Shown piece by piece: positions 1 through 12,070 of a stretch of DNA of 64,000 bases. Where the stretch lies: the NCBI GenBank assembly GCA_029953675.1, contig JAMWBK010000003.1:3289002-3353001 (forward strand), read 5' to 3'. A program made the translations under genes and the position numbers. How positions within the stretch are numbered: position 1 is the stretch's first letter; each line of letters opens with the position of its first letter. Below the pieces are notes generated by a model that did no database searches, was not told where the DNA came from, and saw only the letters and a list, made by a program, of their open reading frames with translations. This DNA comes from Rhodosorus marinus CCMP1338. Its lineage: Eukaryota > Plantae > Rhodophyta.

Positions 1-962
1 GTCCGGGGCAGATCGTCCCCGCTCACGCGGTCAAATCCCCAGAGTATTTTCCTTTGGCTTATAGTAGACGTCTAAAGAGCCGCGTGCAGCTATCCTGAAT
101 TGAGCTTAAGCCATATGAAAGGGAGATTTATTGTGAATTCCTTATAAACAGCTCCGTCGTTGGGGCAACGGATAGAAAATGAGGAATCAATTTACTCTTT
201 ATGAACCTCCTAAGGAATAGTTGGGGCGAGCTGCGCGGAAAACTTCGCACAGTCTCCCTCGTACCCAGACGAGCGTACCCAGCACCACAGTATTGAATCC
301 CTTTCCTCTCTCTCAATACAAGCTTGTAACAAAACCTGATTCCATATTTGTATGTTGCTCGTTACCTGCCGTATAACCCTTTTTTGTGAGCCATATTGTT
401 TATCGTCAAATTAGTACGACAGATTTGCCACGAAAATCGGCAATCCAAGGTGGTGAAATTAAATGGAACTGGAAGGAGGAAAATCTGGCAAAAGCCAAGC
501 ATGTGAGAAATCTTATTTAAGCCAGACTAACGTACTGCTGGGCGGCTTTGTAGGACTTACGTGGGGTTTATCCTTCTGCTCGGATAGAAATTGAAAAATT
601 TAGAAAGGGTTCATACGGATTGGAGCGACCGCGTCTTATGTGCAAAGCTTTTCGCCCTTCGTTTCTTTTCGAGTGTTGTATAGAGCGCGAAAATTGCTGT
701 GGGTCTTGGCGATTGTAGACTTGATTGTGAAGGTGAGTTGTATGTAGAAGCAGACGGCTATTTGACTTAGAGGAAAGCATCTACAGTATTGAACCCGAGC
801 TGTGGCCTTTCCTCGTCTCTCGATTCCTGTTCATTTTGATAGGTCTTGACGTCTTGCTGCGGCTAATTTCCCGGGTTCTCACCCATCACTTCTTGGCAAC
901 CGAATAGAGGGCGAGCATTGGACAACGGTCAGGTGCCTTCTTTTACTAGCGGATATTGATCC

Positions 963-1643
963 ATGCTGCTGTCTCGGGCAATACTGCTTCGAGAGCGAGC
1001 AGTCTTAGTCAGACTTGAGTACCCGCGATCGACCGCAGATACTTCGCTGCTATCTGAGATACTGAACCTGCGTGATCATGTGGATCCCTCGCTAAGTATG
1101 AGGTACTCGTGCCGTGAAGGAGTATGCGGGTCCTGTGCGCTCACAGTTAGCGGTCAGACAACTCTGGCATGTACCTACTTTTCAAGGAGCACCCCCGCGA
1201 TGGTCAGCTACGGACGCGTGCAAGCTATATCCGTCGGAGCCTTAGTTCGCGACCTGGTGTGGAGCCTGTCGATGCCGAATGCTGAGTATTCTGTTGCAGG
1301 AGCCAATGAAAGAGGGCAAATGAGCCCGGTGATGGGCAGACAGGCTGTTGGACCCAGCAGCAGGGCTCTCTTGGAAGGACATATTGAATGTGTGCTGTGC
1401 TATAGCTGTTCAATGAGCTGCCCATCCAAGTGGTGGCACAGAAGCAGCTATCTCGGGCCGGCGATTCTACTGAACCAGTTGAAATGGCGGCTGAGCAGAA
1501 ACCATCGAGAGTCTAGCGATAGCGAAGCAATGCTTCTGAGCTCTACGGAAAACTGCCACACTATCTTGAACTGCGTGCGGACTTGTCCCAAAAAATTGAA
1601 CCCTGCAGCGGCCATTGAAGTACTTCGTACGATCGAGAGCTAG
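963..1643 (+). CDS. SDH2: Succinate dehydrogenase iron-sulfur subunit-like protein, divergent and intronless
   Basis: All three Fe-S motifs are present: SCREGVCGSC...LAC, CVLCYSCSMSCPSKWW and CHTILNCVRTCPK. The N-terminus is short and divergent. Confidence 0.8.
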   Translation: MLLSRAILLRERAVLVRLEYPRSTADTSLLSEILNLRDHVDPSLSMRYSCREGVCGSCALTVSGQTTLACTYFSRSTPAMVSYGRVQAISVGALVRDLVWSLSMPNAEYSVAGANERGQMSPVMGRQAVGPSSRALLEGHIECVLCYSCSMSCPSKWWHRSSYLGPAILLNQLKWRLSRNHRESSDSEAMLLSSTENCHTILNCVRTCPKKLNPAAAIEVLRTIES

Positions 1644-2331
1644 GGCGCGCTAAAAATAAACGAGCCATCCTTTAGTGAAATCACTGCTGCAAATCAGCCT
1701 CAAACCGCAGCACATATCTTCTCCATTTTTGCTCCTGCTCACTCATTAGAACTCCCCATGGTGTCCGCTGTGATAAATCAAGAGTGAAAGCCGCGTAGTC
1801 TGGTCGCCACTTTGTCCGGCAATGTTAACTCTTCTGTTTCAGGTACAATCGGATGACGCAGTGGCGCAGGAATGCGCAGCTCACCGAGAGCTGTACGTCA
1901 ATCTTCAGTGGTCCTACGACCTGGAGCAGACTGACAGTATGAATACGCTTAGATCCGCTAGATACTAAAGAAAGAGGAATCCCCACAGCCTAAGATTATG
2001 TCACATGTCTTCCAAAGTCTGTCTGAACTGGATCCGAGATTCGAAGTATCACAGAGCTCCACCCTAGTTTCGGTGTGTTGTCCAGGATGCCTTTTTCCTT
2101 CGCAGAGTTGGGTTTTTCGTGTACGAAGGTATGGTTGTGTCGCAGGTGAGACATCTGAGAACAGTTCGTCCTCCTCGTTTATAGCAAGGTTTACAATCGT
2201 GTTCGGAGCAGCCTTGAGTTTTGCTTGCCTTTCTTAGGCAAGAAGTTGAGGACGAGCGTGGGAAAGTCCGAAGGTTGTATGCGTTTTCGTATAGGGTGAG
2301 GTATTGTGATAATTGAACGGTTGGATGGGGT

Positions 2332-3197
2332 ATGGGTAGTGAAGAACGGATTATTGCGCACCTGAAGAGGGTAAGTGACAGACTGAAGAAGTACGCGGCT
2401 GAACATGGAAGGTCGGTTGGCTTGAAGGTGGAAGAAATGGAGTTGATCGAAGAGCGACGCAAGCTTGTCAGGGACCTGAACGGGTTCTGGGTCAAGGCGA
2501 TGATAAGGGATGAGACGCTCTCTGGACAGTTCAGCACCAAGGACATAGAAGTTTTGAAGCATCTGGTGGATATCAGAACGGAGGAAAAGCAGGCGGATCA
2601 AGAGTTCACGATTGTTTTTGTAAGGGCGTTTGCACGTGCCAGGGCGTCGTACTTGAATATAAGTTGTTGTCTTCAACTCTCCTGGCTCAGGCGTTTTCAT
2701 GCTATGCTCTTCGCAGGTGTTTAACGAGAATCCTTTTTTCAGCAACCCGCAAATCTGCAAGAAGGTCACTGCGCACAGGTCAGATGGATTCGTCCGTGTT
2801 GAACCTGCCGCAATCAGTTGGTACGAGAACAAGGTGAGAAACTCATCCTAGCCGTTTCCCATATTACGATTCACTGTCCAACGGTCAACCAATGTCATCC
2901 TGGTTCAACTGCTGAAAAGATCGGTCGACAAAACTTTTCTCCGTGGTTCAAAAGCATTCTACCTTAGCTGAGGATCAAATGAACGATGCGTTCCGCGAGT
3001 GTTTCAGTTTCTTTGAATGGTTGGAGTCGAAGGAAGATCTAATGGGGATTGCGTTGCATATAAGAGGGGAGTTTCTGAGCTCTGCAGTGGACCTCTTTCT
3101 AAGCGAGGTTAGCGGTGACGACCTTTTCGAGACTGAAACGCAAACCGAAGACCAAGATGAAGAGAGCACGCTACTTAGTAGTGACGACGAATATTAA
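2332..3197 (+). CDS. Nucleosome assembly protein (NAP/SET family), spliced
   Basis: N-terminal coiled helix, then FWVKAM and DIEVLKHLVDI. After a GT-AG intron (~2620-2716) come VFNENPFFSN and ISWYENK; after a second intron come SFFEW and an acidic tail. Exon 3 start is uncertain. Confidence 0.7.
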
Positions 3198-3622
3198 CTT
3201 GAAAAAATCAACTCAACTGAAGGGAATATGTAATCAACTAAAATCTTGTGATCGAGGATGCCATGTCCGTTATGTTTATATCCGGTCACGAAGCCCGGGT
3301 TTCGCTGTGGTTGGAAGCTGGCTCGCCAACGACAGATTAGAGAACGCGAAACAATGTCACAGGACCCGCGTCAAGTGCGTATCAAAGAGCGGGGGAGCAT
3401 CGCTCAGAAAGGGAAGGAAGCTTGTCGTGTCTATGTTTGGTATTCGGCTGGAGTTGGCTTTATATTGAAACATAAAGAAAGTTCGCGTTCGAGGACATGC
3501 ACGCATGCACAGGGCTCGAGCGCTGGGCGGCCTCCCAATCGAAAAGTAAGCAACAAAAGCTCCGTGAGGTTAGTTGTGTTAGGTTGAGGGATAACTTGGA
3601 GCTATGCTTCTCAGTGCAGGAC

Positions 3623-5322
3623 CTATTTGGACACCTTGAGAAGCTTTGTTACTCTTTTCGTGACACTTTGCAACCCTTCTCCACTTTTGGGTTCCTTTCC
3701 GCTTGGATTTTGTAAATTTCGAATTGGACTTGATTCGTGCAATTGTGACTCTTCTCTACTCCGGGCTTTTGGGATTTGCTTCAATATTTCCTCTTTCAGA
3801 AAATACGCATCCCCTCCCAGGTTGTCGAAGTACTGTGGCTTCCACTCAGTTTTGTTTTCCTCTCGTTCCTTTCGGTGGGCCCTGTCCACACCACGAGAAT
3901 AGATCCAAGCCAAGTCAATCGTCGTAATTCGAAAAGAACGGGTTCATCGCTGTGGCCAGAGACGAAGGAGTCGATTAGCCCTTTGCAGCGAACTTACCTC
4001 TGGGCGTCCTCAACTGCTTTCTTTTCTTCATTGGCTAGCTTTGAATCCTTCTTCCAAATGGCATCGGAGCACTTCTTCCAGACTGCGAGAGAATTGGTCT
4101 CCTCGAGATCGGACTCTGGCGGGAGCCACACATGCATTGCATCCTCTGCGGACTCTTCCTTGCTGTAGAGAGTTGTACGTTCTCCCGTTTTCACATTGGT
4201 TGTCTTTACAACGCCGTCCCATACTCCTTCAACCTCATAGATGACTTCGTCGCTATCTAGCTTCCGGATTGACCCACTGACGCTGTGCTGAACCCCGGTC
4301 ATCCCGAAGAAAGATTTCCCCTTGAAGTCAATTATAGCCACGAGGTTGCTCTTCTCACAAACGACGTAGCTTAAGCCCATCAGTTCAACTCTCTGGAAAT
4401 GCAGAAAACGGATGACACTTGATAAGCAGGACACTTCGAATTGACCCCAGCAAAGATAGTCAGCAATGCAAAACCAAAGCAGTGTAGCAGTTCCTCTCTT
4501 CTAGAAAATTCTAGAAACGAAAGCCTATGCTATGAAAGTACCTTCGTCCCAATTCCGAGAAGGCCCGACTGGAAAACCGTTGGCCTCGTGAGGTGGTACT
4601 CCTCATCCAAGTCATGGAGATACAAACGCGAAATACCGTTCAACTTGATTTCAACGTAGTTGCCGTAAAATCTTGGCTCTGGCTTGCTGACAGAATTGAC
4701 TTCCCAGCCAACTGACGGATTGTTCAAATGGGTTGCTGTGATCGGCGGATGATGTGATACCTGTTCACAAACGAGGTAGGTTACACCATTTTCGGGATCT
4801 TTGTGCTTGAAACAGCAGCGGAACGTTTCTCCGAGAATCGGATTGTACGGCTTTCGAGATGAAGCAAAGTTATGCGTCGAAAGTAAAGAACAGTCTTGGA
4901 TCAGTTACACCATTCGCAAGCACTTTAAAATAGTGTGTGGAACATGGACACCAACATCGGCAAGACAGAAAGAGTCGCAAGGCCCACTCCATTACCTTCT
5001 TTCCAAATTTCTCCTTTGGCAACCCCGACAGGATCCATCGAATGACTCCCAAAAATCTTTCTTCCGCAGTCTCCATCTTGGGGATTCTCGGCAACAGTTC
5101 CCCCCTCTGCATGGATTTCTTTGACTTCTCCAAGGAAGACACAGGGTCTAGCACCGAAGCTGGAAGCGGAATATTGCTGACGTCAGTTCCACTCTTCACA
5201 TTACCCAAAACTTCCGTCACAACTTTGATCACAGAAACCTCTGAATCGGGCGCATCTTCGCCACGCAAAAGCTCCTCTTCCTCAGTAAAACACCCAAACA
5301 TGTTTTTTTCTTTCTCACCCAT
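3623..5322 (-). CDS. Oxysterol-binding protein (OSBP/ORP family), multi-exon
   Basis: The reverse strand near 4740-4770 encodes the signature EQVSHHPP. Other exons give DVSNIPLPASVLDP, EERFLGVIRWILS, EEYHLTRP, VEGVWDG and EKKAVEDAQR. Introns are short GT-AG. Confidence 0.85.
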
Positions 5323-7180
5323 GTTTAACCAAACAGCAGCTTAAAAACTAAGGACTTCCAAAACCGTACCTCCTCCACAAACAGCGCCCAGTACAAAAAC
5401 AAACCAAATTATACAGGCTCGTACCGTCACCACACCTTCACTCTGTCACCTGATTCCCGTTTGACAAGCAAATGAGTATGCCTCCTTGTTCGACTGTCCC
5501 TCTTTTACCCAAAATCACTTTCAATTCTCTAGAATCCTTGGCTGCTGCAGCTTTGGCAGCAACTCCATCATCGCAGCTCACAGAATCAACAATAAGACAA
5601 AAAACAACTGCTGCGTAACAAGAGCGCAGTTGTTTTTTGTCTTATTGTTGATTCTGGTAAAAATATGGAAAACCGTAGATCAGCACTGCCCCAAAAACCT
5701 AAGCTGCTCTTCACAGTTTCTCAATAAATTATTAATAATACCGGTAATAACGTGAAGGCGGAATAAATAAGGACATTATGTGGATAGTTTAAGGACTCCT
5801 TTAAGTTTCGTTGCGATCTCAAATGCTCAAATTAATATTCAGAATATTTATTCTCCAACTGAACAGCTTCCCGCTCACGAAAGTGGTCTTGGGGTTACAA
5901 GAAACCGTTGGGGGGTCCGGGTGACTGTTCTATCACAGGGTCCCTGAACGCGATAAGCTCAGTTGTGAGCAAGTTTAGCAGTTTCCTCATTGCTAATTGT
6001 TTTAGGCAAATAAGGGTGTTTCCTTTTTGAGAATCCTTTTGAGCAATTTGAGAACCGATCTATAGACTAGCTTAATAGTAATAGACGTATTTTATGGATT
6101 GGGTTTTTTGTTCCGGTCTAGCTTGCCTAGCTCGTTCTCGATTTACACGGCTGTTGTGTTTTTCCGGAGTTCTTGCTTTTTCGAGTACCGCTCACCTTGC
6201 TGCGGGTAGACTGGTCTGCCGAAGGAGCCTGTGACTCCTGACACTTGCGAAATCTGTATGAATCCGAACTCTTCGTTAGAGGGACCCGCTGAGGCGCCTC
6301 TGACTGACAGGCCGGTTATTGTTGCAACCATCAGTCGGTGGCCGCAGTGATGCCCAGTGAGAACGTCCTCGCGCGCCTAGTAGGTTTGAGTAGGAGGCTT
6401 CGAGTTGGAAAACGTGGTAGCGCAGTGGGTTGAGCCCTCCGCATTTGAACTTCAATGGTGAAAGATATCACACCTACATGGACTTAGCTAATCGTTGCAG
6501 ATCAAACCAAAGGAAGCCAGTTCAGCACTAGAGCACGCTCCCCAGCGATGAGTGTAAATGAAGCCATCCGGAGCTTTTCGCGTTTCCAAAGCAGAGTCTA
6601 AGCTTGATACTGCCTGTTACCGTGACATGGTCTGTCAGCATGTGAACATGAGTGTTCTGTTGTGGACAGTAGTTCTGTGTTTTTCCAAGTCACTGTATGC
6701 AGGTTCGGTGCTTGGTTTGCGCATTCAAATACCCTCATTAAGGAATCCCAAACAATGCGTCTTCTCAAATGTTTATTAAACTATTATCGCACAAACTTAT
6801 CTCTGATCCCCAGCACTGCTCTGGTTGGCTAAAACCCTTTGCTTGCAAATGGTATCTTGAGGTCAGAAATGTCTTCGGATTGCATCGCTTGAACCGCTTT
6901 CGCAGATAGGTTAAAAGAGTTTAGGATGCTGGGGTCCAATTTGGACATCGAAACTGTTGCTCATCGGAAAGGGTCTGCAGGGCTCCCGGGTTGTGGATTG
7001 GTAAACGGGTCTGGTGACACGCGAGGAATCAGGTTCTTCCCTTGGCAAAGCAAGAAGTATGTTCGTTTCCTTCTCGGCAGCGAATTGCTTGCTGGGTTTG
7101 GAATTCAAGAGTGTGCTCAAAGTGTGCAAGACAAGCAGTAAGTTTCTTTAACTCCTGATCTTCTGCTCGCACGATTTGAT

Positions 7181-7950
7181 ATGCTCAATATCTGGTTCAC
7201 GTATTCTAAAGGGAGGAAATGGGTGATTAGATCCCCGACCGAGTTGCGAGGGAGCTCCGTTCGTGCGATGTTAGAGCGGGAGGCCGGGGCGACTTCCGAC
7301 GCAGGGCGTAGTCCGCTGGATGGAATAATAATGTTAACTGGAGTATACATATTCTTAGCAGGGTCATTACTTTTGGCATTTCCTAGCGTTTTCGGACTTG
7401 CTGTCCCGAATGTGACCAACCCGGCGGACGGTCACGCCATCGCTTCAAGCTTGGGCGTATCAAACTTCTGGATTCGAGTGGGCGGGATTCTAAGCCAGAC
7501 GTTCGGTGTATACTATATCTCGGAATCCTTACTTCCCTACCGACGAGGTAAAGCTGAACTGAGTGAAAACTCACACCGGAACATAGTCAGAGCGGTCACC
7601 GCTGACCGATTGATCATTTGAATCCTATGTGAACGGCAGGCTTTGTGCTTGGAACTATCATTGGAAGGGTTTACTTGTGCTGTGCGTTCTTCACCATGTG
7701 GCTGCGAACTTTGAGCTGCCCGCTAATCATACCAATCTTAGGGACTCTGAACCTGATATCTGCTTCTATCACGGCCTTCAATCTGGCTAGAGAAGCTTCG
7801 TGCTTCATGCCGAATTTCGTTACCTCCCCGACGGGTAAGAAAGAGCTCCCATCGCTAAATACAATGCGTCCGGTGCGAAACAGTAATACACAGAAGCATG
7901 CAGAGCCGAACAGAGTGGCTGTTGACTCTACATATGACAGTGGGCGGTAA
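7181..7950 (+). CDS. Putative multi-pass membrane protein of unknown function, probably spliced
   Basis: Two adjacent ORFs (7181-7621, 7645-7950) carry several hydrophobic segments. No family recognised, and the 5' exons are uncertain. Confidence 0.35.
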
Positions 7951-8079
7951 GAGACCTTACTTCCAGGAGCTCTTTTTGCGAAGGTGAAGTCCACTCAGAG
8001 TTTCAGTCGTTTTGCCATATCCTGGGCAGGTGTATTGTCGCCATACCCGACAACAGCCTCTCAATATCATCGATTGAAT

Positions 8080-9331
8080 TAGATAGGCACGCTAGCCGAC
8101 TTGCTTTGTCTCTATCGGACGAGCGTGTCTGGGTGGTTGACGCTGAGAGCGGAAGCATTTTGGCGGATATCTGTCACGAAGGGTTGAAGGTAGAAGCATG
8201 AAGCTGCCGCATAGGAAAACGTCGCTTATATGTTGCCCAAACTGACGGCGGCCTTTCTCATGCTATTGCAGGTGTTAGCAGCTGGATTCTCCGACAACGG
8301 TGAGCTGTGGTCCAGTTGTGTTGACAACTCTGCGAACCTCTGCATCTGCTATATATACGATGGCGGAGACTTTAGCTTGAAGAGAAAGGTTGTTCATTCT
8401 ATCCATCCTGGATGAGGACAATGATTGCATGGCTGATGATTTGGGATGATATCTTCTGCCAGATTCTATTGCCTAGGACAGAAGCTTTGTCTATCGAAGT
8501 GGCTCCAAGAGGTGATAGTGTACTCCTGAAAAAGTTCCACGATGGAGCAATGCATCTGGAGTTGCGATCCCTAGAGGAACTGCCCAAGCTTCGGACCGAA
8601 TGGAGTCGAAAGCTAGGTTTTGACGGTGTACTATCCACCAGAGTCCTCTGGTCCCGAGACAGAACTTATCTGACGGCGGGGGTTGGTGCTAGTAAGAAGA
8701 ATGCTGCCGTGAGCTATGCAGTCGGGCCTAAGTCCAAAAAGGAAGTTTGAGTTCTGACTCGTTAGGTTGACGTGATCCCCTCGGAATATGGAGCTAGGTT
8801 ACTGTACTCAGTGCACAGACTGGGGAAGTTGTTTTCCTTGCTAAGACGGATTCCATACCTGTCAGCGTTGACCTGGACGAGAGCAACGGACGAGTTGTTT
8901 CAGGGTGCTTGGACAGGAAGATTAGGGTATTCGACTTGAATACCGAGGAAAAGGTGAACATCCTTGTGCTAGATTGGTTGACTATTTCATCAACATTGGA
9001 TTAGCCGCTAATAGTGGATTTCTGAGGGATTTGCGCTTCCCAGTTTTGCGAGTTAGATTCTGGCCTTCTAACGGGGTTGACTGCTGCGGTCCGGTTTTCT
9101 GGCGACGGTGGGGTGGTCCTTTCGGGCTGCGGGACAACGATGAGATTGTGGGTTATTTCAAAGAATGGAAATACACCATCTCAGAAGGATTCGAACAGAT
9201 TCGTAGACCTCAGTTCGGGTGGCGTAACGCCCAGGGGTAGCATGAGAAGCATAGATCTAGATAAGCGGACAGGGACAATAGCTGCGTTGTTCCCTGGAGG
9301 AGTTACCATATGGAAGTCGCGGTCAAAATGA
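8080..9331 (+). CDS. WD40/beta-propeller-like protein, multi-exon, boundaries approximate
   Basis: Exon fragments read ERVWVVDAESGSILADI, VLAAGFSDNG, LWSRDRTYLTAG, AVRFSGDGGVVLSGCGTTMRLW and SIDLDKRTGTIAALFPGGVTIWK. Confidence 0.5.
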
Positions 9332-9822
9332 GATCAGAGGAGGGGAGGGTTAGATCCTGCTGAATGTAGAACGCCTTTTCAGGACGCCAAGAATAGGGAT
9401 CGACCAGTCAACAGTGACGCGTTCGGTCCTCTGACTGGAAATCGCTCTAGCCTGGGAACCTCTCATGGCTTAGAAGGGTCTAGAGGATAAAGCACGAGTA
9501 GTGCGCGCCGAACGATACATGTAAACTTGTCAAAGAATTCATCGATCGACGCGAGCGAAGCAGCAGCACTACATGCGTGCAATTTCGAAAGTAAATTAGA
9601 ACTATATGAGTTCGATATGACCGTGACCATGACCATGATTTGCAATTAACCACGTGCAGAAGCACGTGGTTATATCCCTAAAACATCTTCTTAGGCCCGG
9701 GCCAATTCGGTTGCCAAGACCCTCGACTTTTTGGAGGTTAAGTTGATCCGTACCCGGGAGGTGGATGCCAGCATGCCCTCGTCGTTGGAAAGCCTATGCT
9801 GAGGGCTACGCAATCACTAACC

Positions 9823-11051
9823 GTAAGCTTTACTGGGCAGCTGCCTACTGCAGCGTATCACTATTTCTACTACTATCTAGGGAAAAGCTTATGCTAACCC
9901 CGCTACCGGGGTCTCATGCTACGTTCAAAAGAAAAAACAGGGACCAGTGGATTCGCCAACTGGTCCACTCGCAGAGCGCCTATCGCTATCTCCGCGTTCC
10001 CCTGCCATAATTTCCGGTTGATCTGAGCCCGAACATCGCTCAGTTCAAGGCTCAGGCAACAAATGCTTTTGCAGCTATCTCGTAGAAATTCTTGGGCCGT
10101 TTGTCCTGTACGCCCAAAGCTCTCGATCGCCAATGGGAATGAACTTGTCTTCTGGCTTCTCCACTGACATAGACTCTTTGTAATGTGCAATTTTCCACCT
10201 CCACGCTCTTTTCGCTGCATATCTGTTCTCTGACCCACTCCGATTCACGTATTTCTCCTGCACTGGCGATGTGACCGTCACATTCAGTGCATACCTTTGG
10301 AACGTCCTGGGATGAGTGGCAATGATATCCGGTCTTAGTCGGTAGTTCTCTAAGTACCCCTCCGGTTCTTGCTTAATGTCGATGAAATTCCAGCGATTCA
10401 GCCATCGCGCCGGCTCCATACAGATTTCGTCGTGCCTTCGCTGCCATAGTCCCGTCGATGTTGGGCAGTGGTGAAACCTTTGTACGCCTTTAGTACCATG
10501 ACTACTACCACAACTAGTACACTTCGCGAACGTCCGTATTCCGGGTATCGGCAAACCCAACAGCTGTCGTACATTCACTTGCGCTGTACTCAGTATTTTC
10601 GGCGCGAGCGTCGGCATTTCCCGTAACCACACTCCTGATCCAGCTCCGGCTGCTGACCGAATTCTGGCCCGATCTTCAGCCGAGATTTAGTTCCGTGGGA
10701 TACCAGTCTCTGGAAAGCTGCATGGTGTGCCTCTCTGGAGAAGGTTTGTTGAATGGAACCATGTTTCCATGCTGGGGGATCGGCTTCTTCTGCTCCTGGG
10801 GCGGCTTCGATTCTCTGCCTCAGGGTGGCCAAGTTCTTGATTCGCTCTGGGACCTTTGGGCGCAGTTTGCGTTGTGTTGCTGCTGCAGACACGCGGATTT
10901 GGTCAGCAAGCTGTGCTGTCGACCTTTGGATTCTCCTCAGTGTGTGTGTGTCTGCAGGTACCTCTGAAGATGATTGCTCTTGGACCTCGGTGAGATATGG
11001 CCATTCCCCGTTATTACCTTTGAAAGTTTCGCACCAGGCCGAGTAGGAGGC
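9823..11051 (-). mobile_element. Family A CRE-like non-LTR retrotransposon, 3' fragment (RT C-terminus, Zn knuckle, RLE, 3' UTR), frameshifted
   Basis: ORFs 10590-10892 and 10075-10632 match the end of ORF 60937-63495 (RRHDEIC, RPDIIATHP, FERSMRPR). The 3' end AGTAAAGCTTAC abuts GGTTAGT. Confidence 0.9.
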
Positions 11052-11379
11052 CGCAGGAGGATCGCTAGGCCGCAGGAGGATCGCCTTCTACTCGGCCTGG
11101 TGCGAAACTTTCAAAGGTAATAACGGGGAATGGCCATATCTCACGGAGGTCCAATAGCAATCATCTTCAGAGGTACCTGCAGACACACACACACTGAGAA
11201 GAATGCAAAGGTCGACAGCACAGCTTCCTGACCAATTTCGCGCGTCTGCAGCAGCAACACACGCAAACTGCGCCCAAAGGTCCCAGAGCGAATCAAGAAC
11301 TTGGCCACCCTGAGGCAGAGAATCGAAGCCGCCCCAGGAGCAGAAGAAGCCGATCCCCCAGCGAAACATGGTTCCATTC
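10751..11379. repeat. Long imperfect inverted repeat (~300 bp arms) with a 31-bp spacer
   Basis: 10751-11051 is the reverse complement of 11083-11379 with few mismatches. The centre holds AGGCCGCAGGAGGATCGC twice. Confidence 0.9.
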
Positions 11380-11606
11380 CTAGAACTGAGCGATATAAGA
11401 TCGCAGATGAACCGGCAACTTTGGCGAGGTAATGCGGAGATAGCGCTAGGCGCTTTGCGCGTAGACCAGTTGGAGAATCCACTGGTGCTCGTTTTTTCTT
11501 TAGAACGTAGCATGAGACCCCAGTAGCGGGGTACGAGTAAGTATTCCCCTAGATAGCGATAGAAGTAGTGTTACTCTGCAGTAGGCAGCTGCCCAGTAAA
11601 GCTCAC
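11083..11606 (+). mobile_element. Family A 3' fragment with internal deletion
   Basis: Right arm of the palindrome jumps to the LENPLVLVFSLERSMRP region, then the A 3' UTR ending AGTAAAGCTCAC. Confidence 0.85.
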
Positions 11607-11625
11607 GATTACGTTAGTCTGGGGT
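11607..11625 (+). repeat. Interstitial telomeric repeat remnant
   Basis: GATTACGTTAGTCTGGGGT, one mismatch to the terminal repeat. Confidence 0.9.
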
Positions 11626-11995
11626 AAATTGCTCACTACAAGGAAGCGATGGTGATCGAGAAACCGGATGACAAGTTCATCCCGATAGCGATAGAGACGT
11701 TTGGGCGTACGGGGCAAATGGCACAAGAGTTTCTCCGCGACAGCTGCAAACACTTACTGCACAGGAGTGAGGAGCTGAGATATGCAGGATCGCAGATGAA
11801 CCGGCAACTATGGCGAGGTAATGCAGAGATAGCACTAGGCGCTTTGCGCGTGGACCAGTTGGAGAATCCGCTCGTGCCTGTTTTTTCTTTTGAACGTAGC
11901 ATGAGACCCCGGTAGCGGGGTTCCAGTAAGTGTCTCCCTAGATAGGATTAGACGTAGTGTTGCGCTGCAGTAGGCAGCGGCCCAGTAAAGCTTAC
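11626..11995 (+). mobile_element. Family A, 5'-truncated copy (RLE end + 3' UTR)
   Basis: ORF 11649-11915 reads KFIPIAIETFGRTG...FERSMRPR. Ends AGTAAAGCTTAC. Confidence 0.9.
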
Positions 11996-12010
11996 GGTTA
12001 CGTTAGTCTG
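11996..12010 (+). repeat. Interstitial telomeric repeat remnant
   Basis: GGTTACGTTAGTCTG. Confidence 0.9.
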
Positions 12011-12070
12011 AGATTTTGGACGGCCATATTTGTGGAAAACAACGGTAAAAGTTTATAAGCAGTTACACGT

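Noticed and set aside
95-120. Resemblance of CTTAAGCCAT to the 18S rRNA 5' region
   Set aside because: Match of about 9 nt only, with no flanking rRNA similarity.
522-534. 13-nt match to the telomere C-strand (CCAGACTAACGTA), a candidate telomerase template or telo-box
   Set aside because: Too short to template a 16-mer. It lies in a GTGAG...TAG intron-like segment where GACTAAC is the expected branch point.
400-850. Possible additional spliced host gene on the plus strand
   Set aside because: Intron-like signals exist, but I could not assemble a convincing protein or recognise a family.
6405-6470. tRNA-like GTGGTAGCGCAGTGG segment
   Set aside because: No T-arm (GTTCRA) or acceptor stem could be formed.
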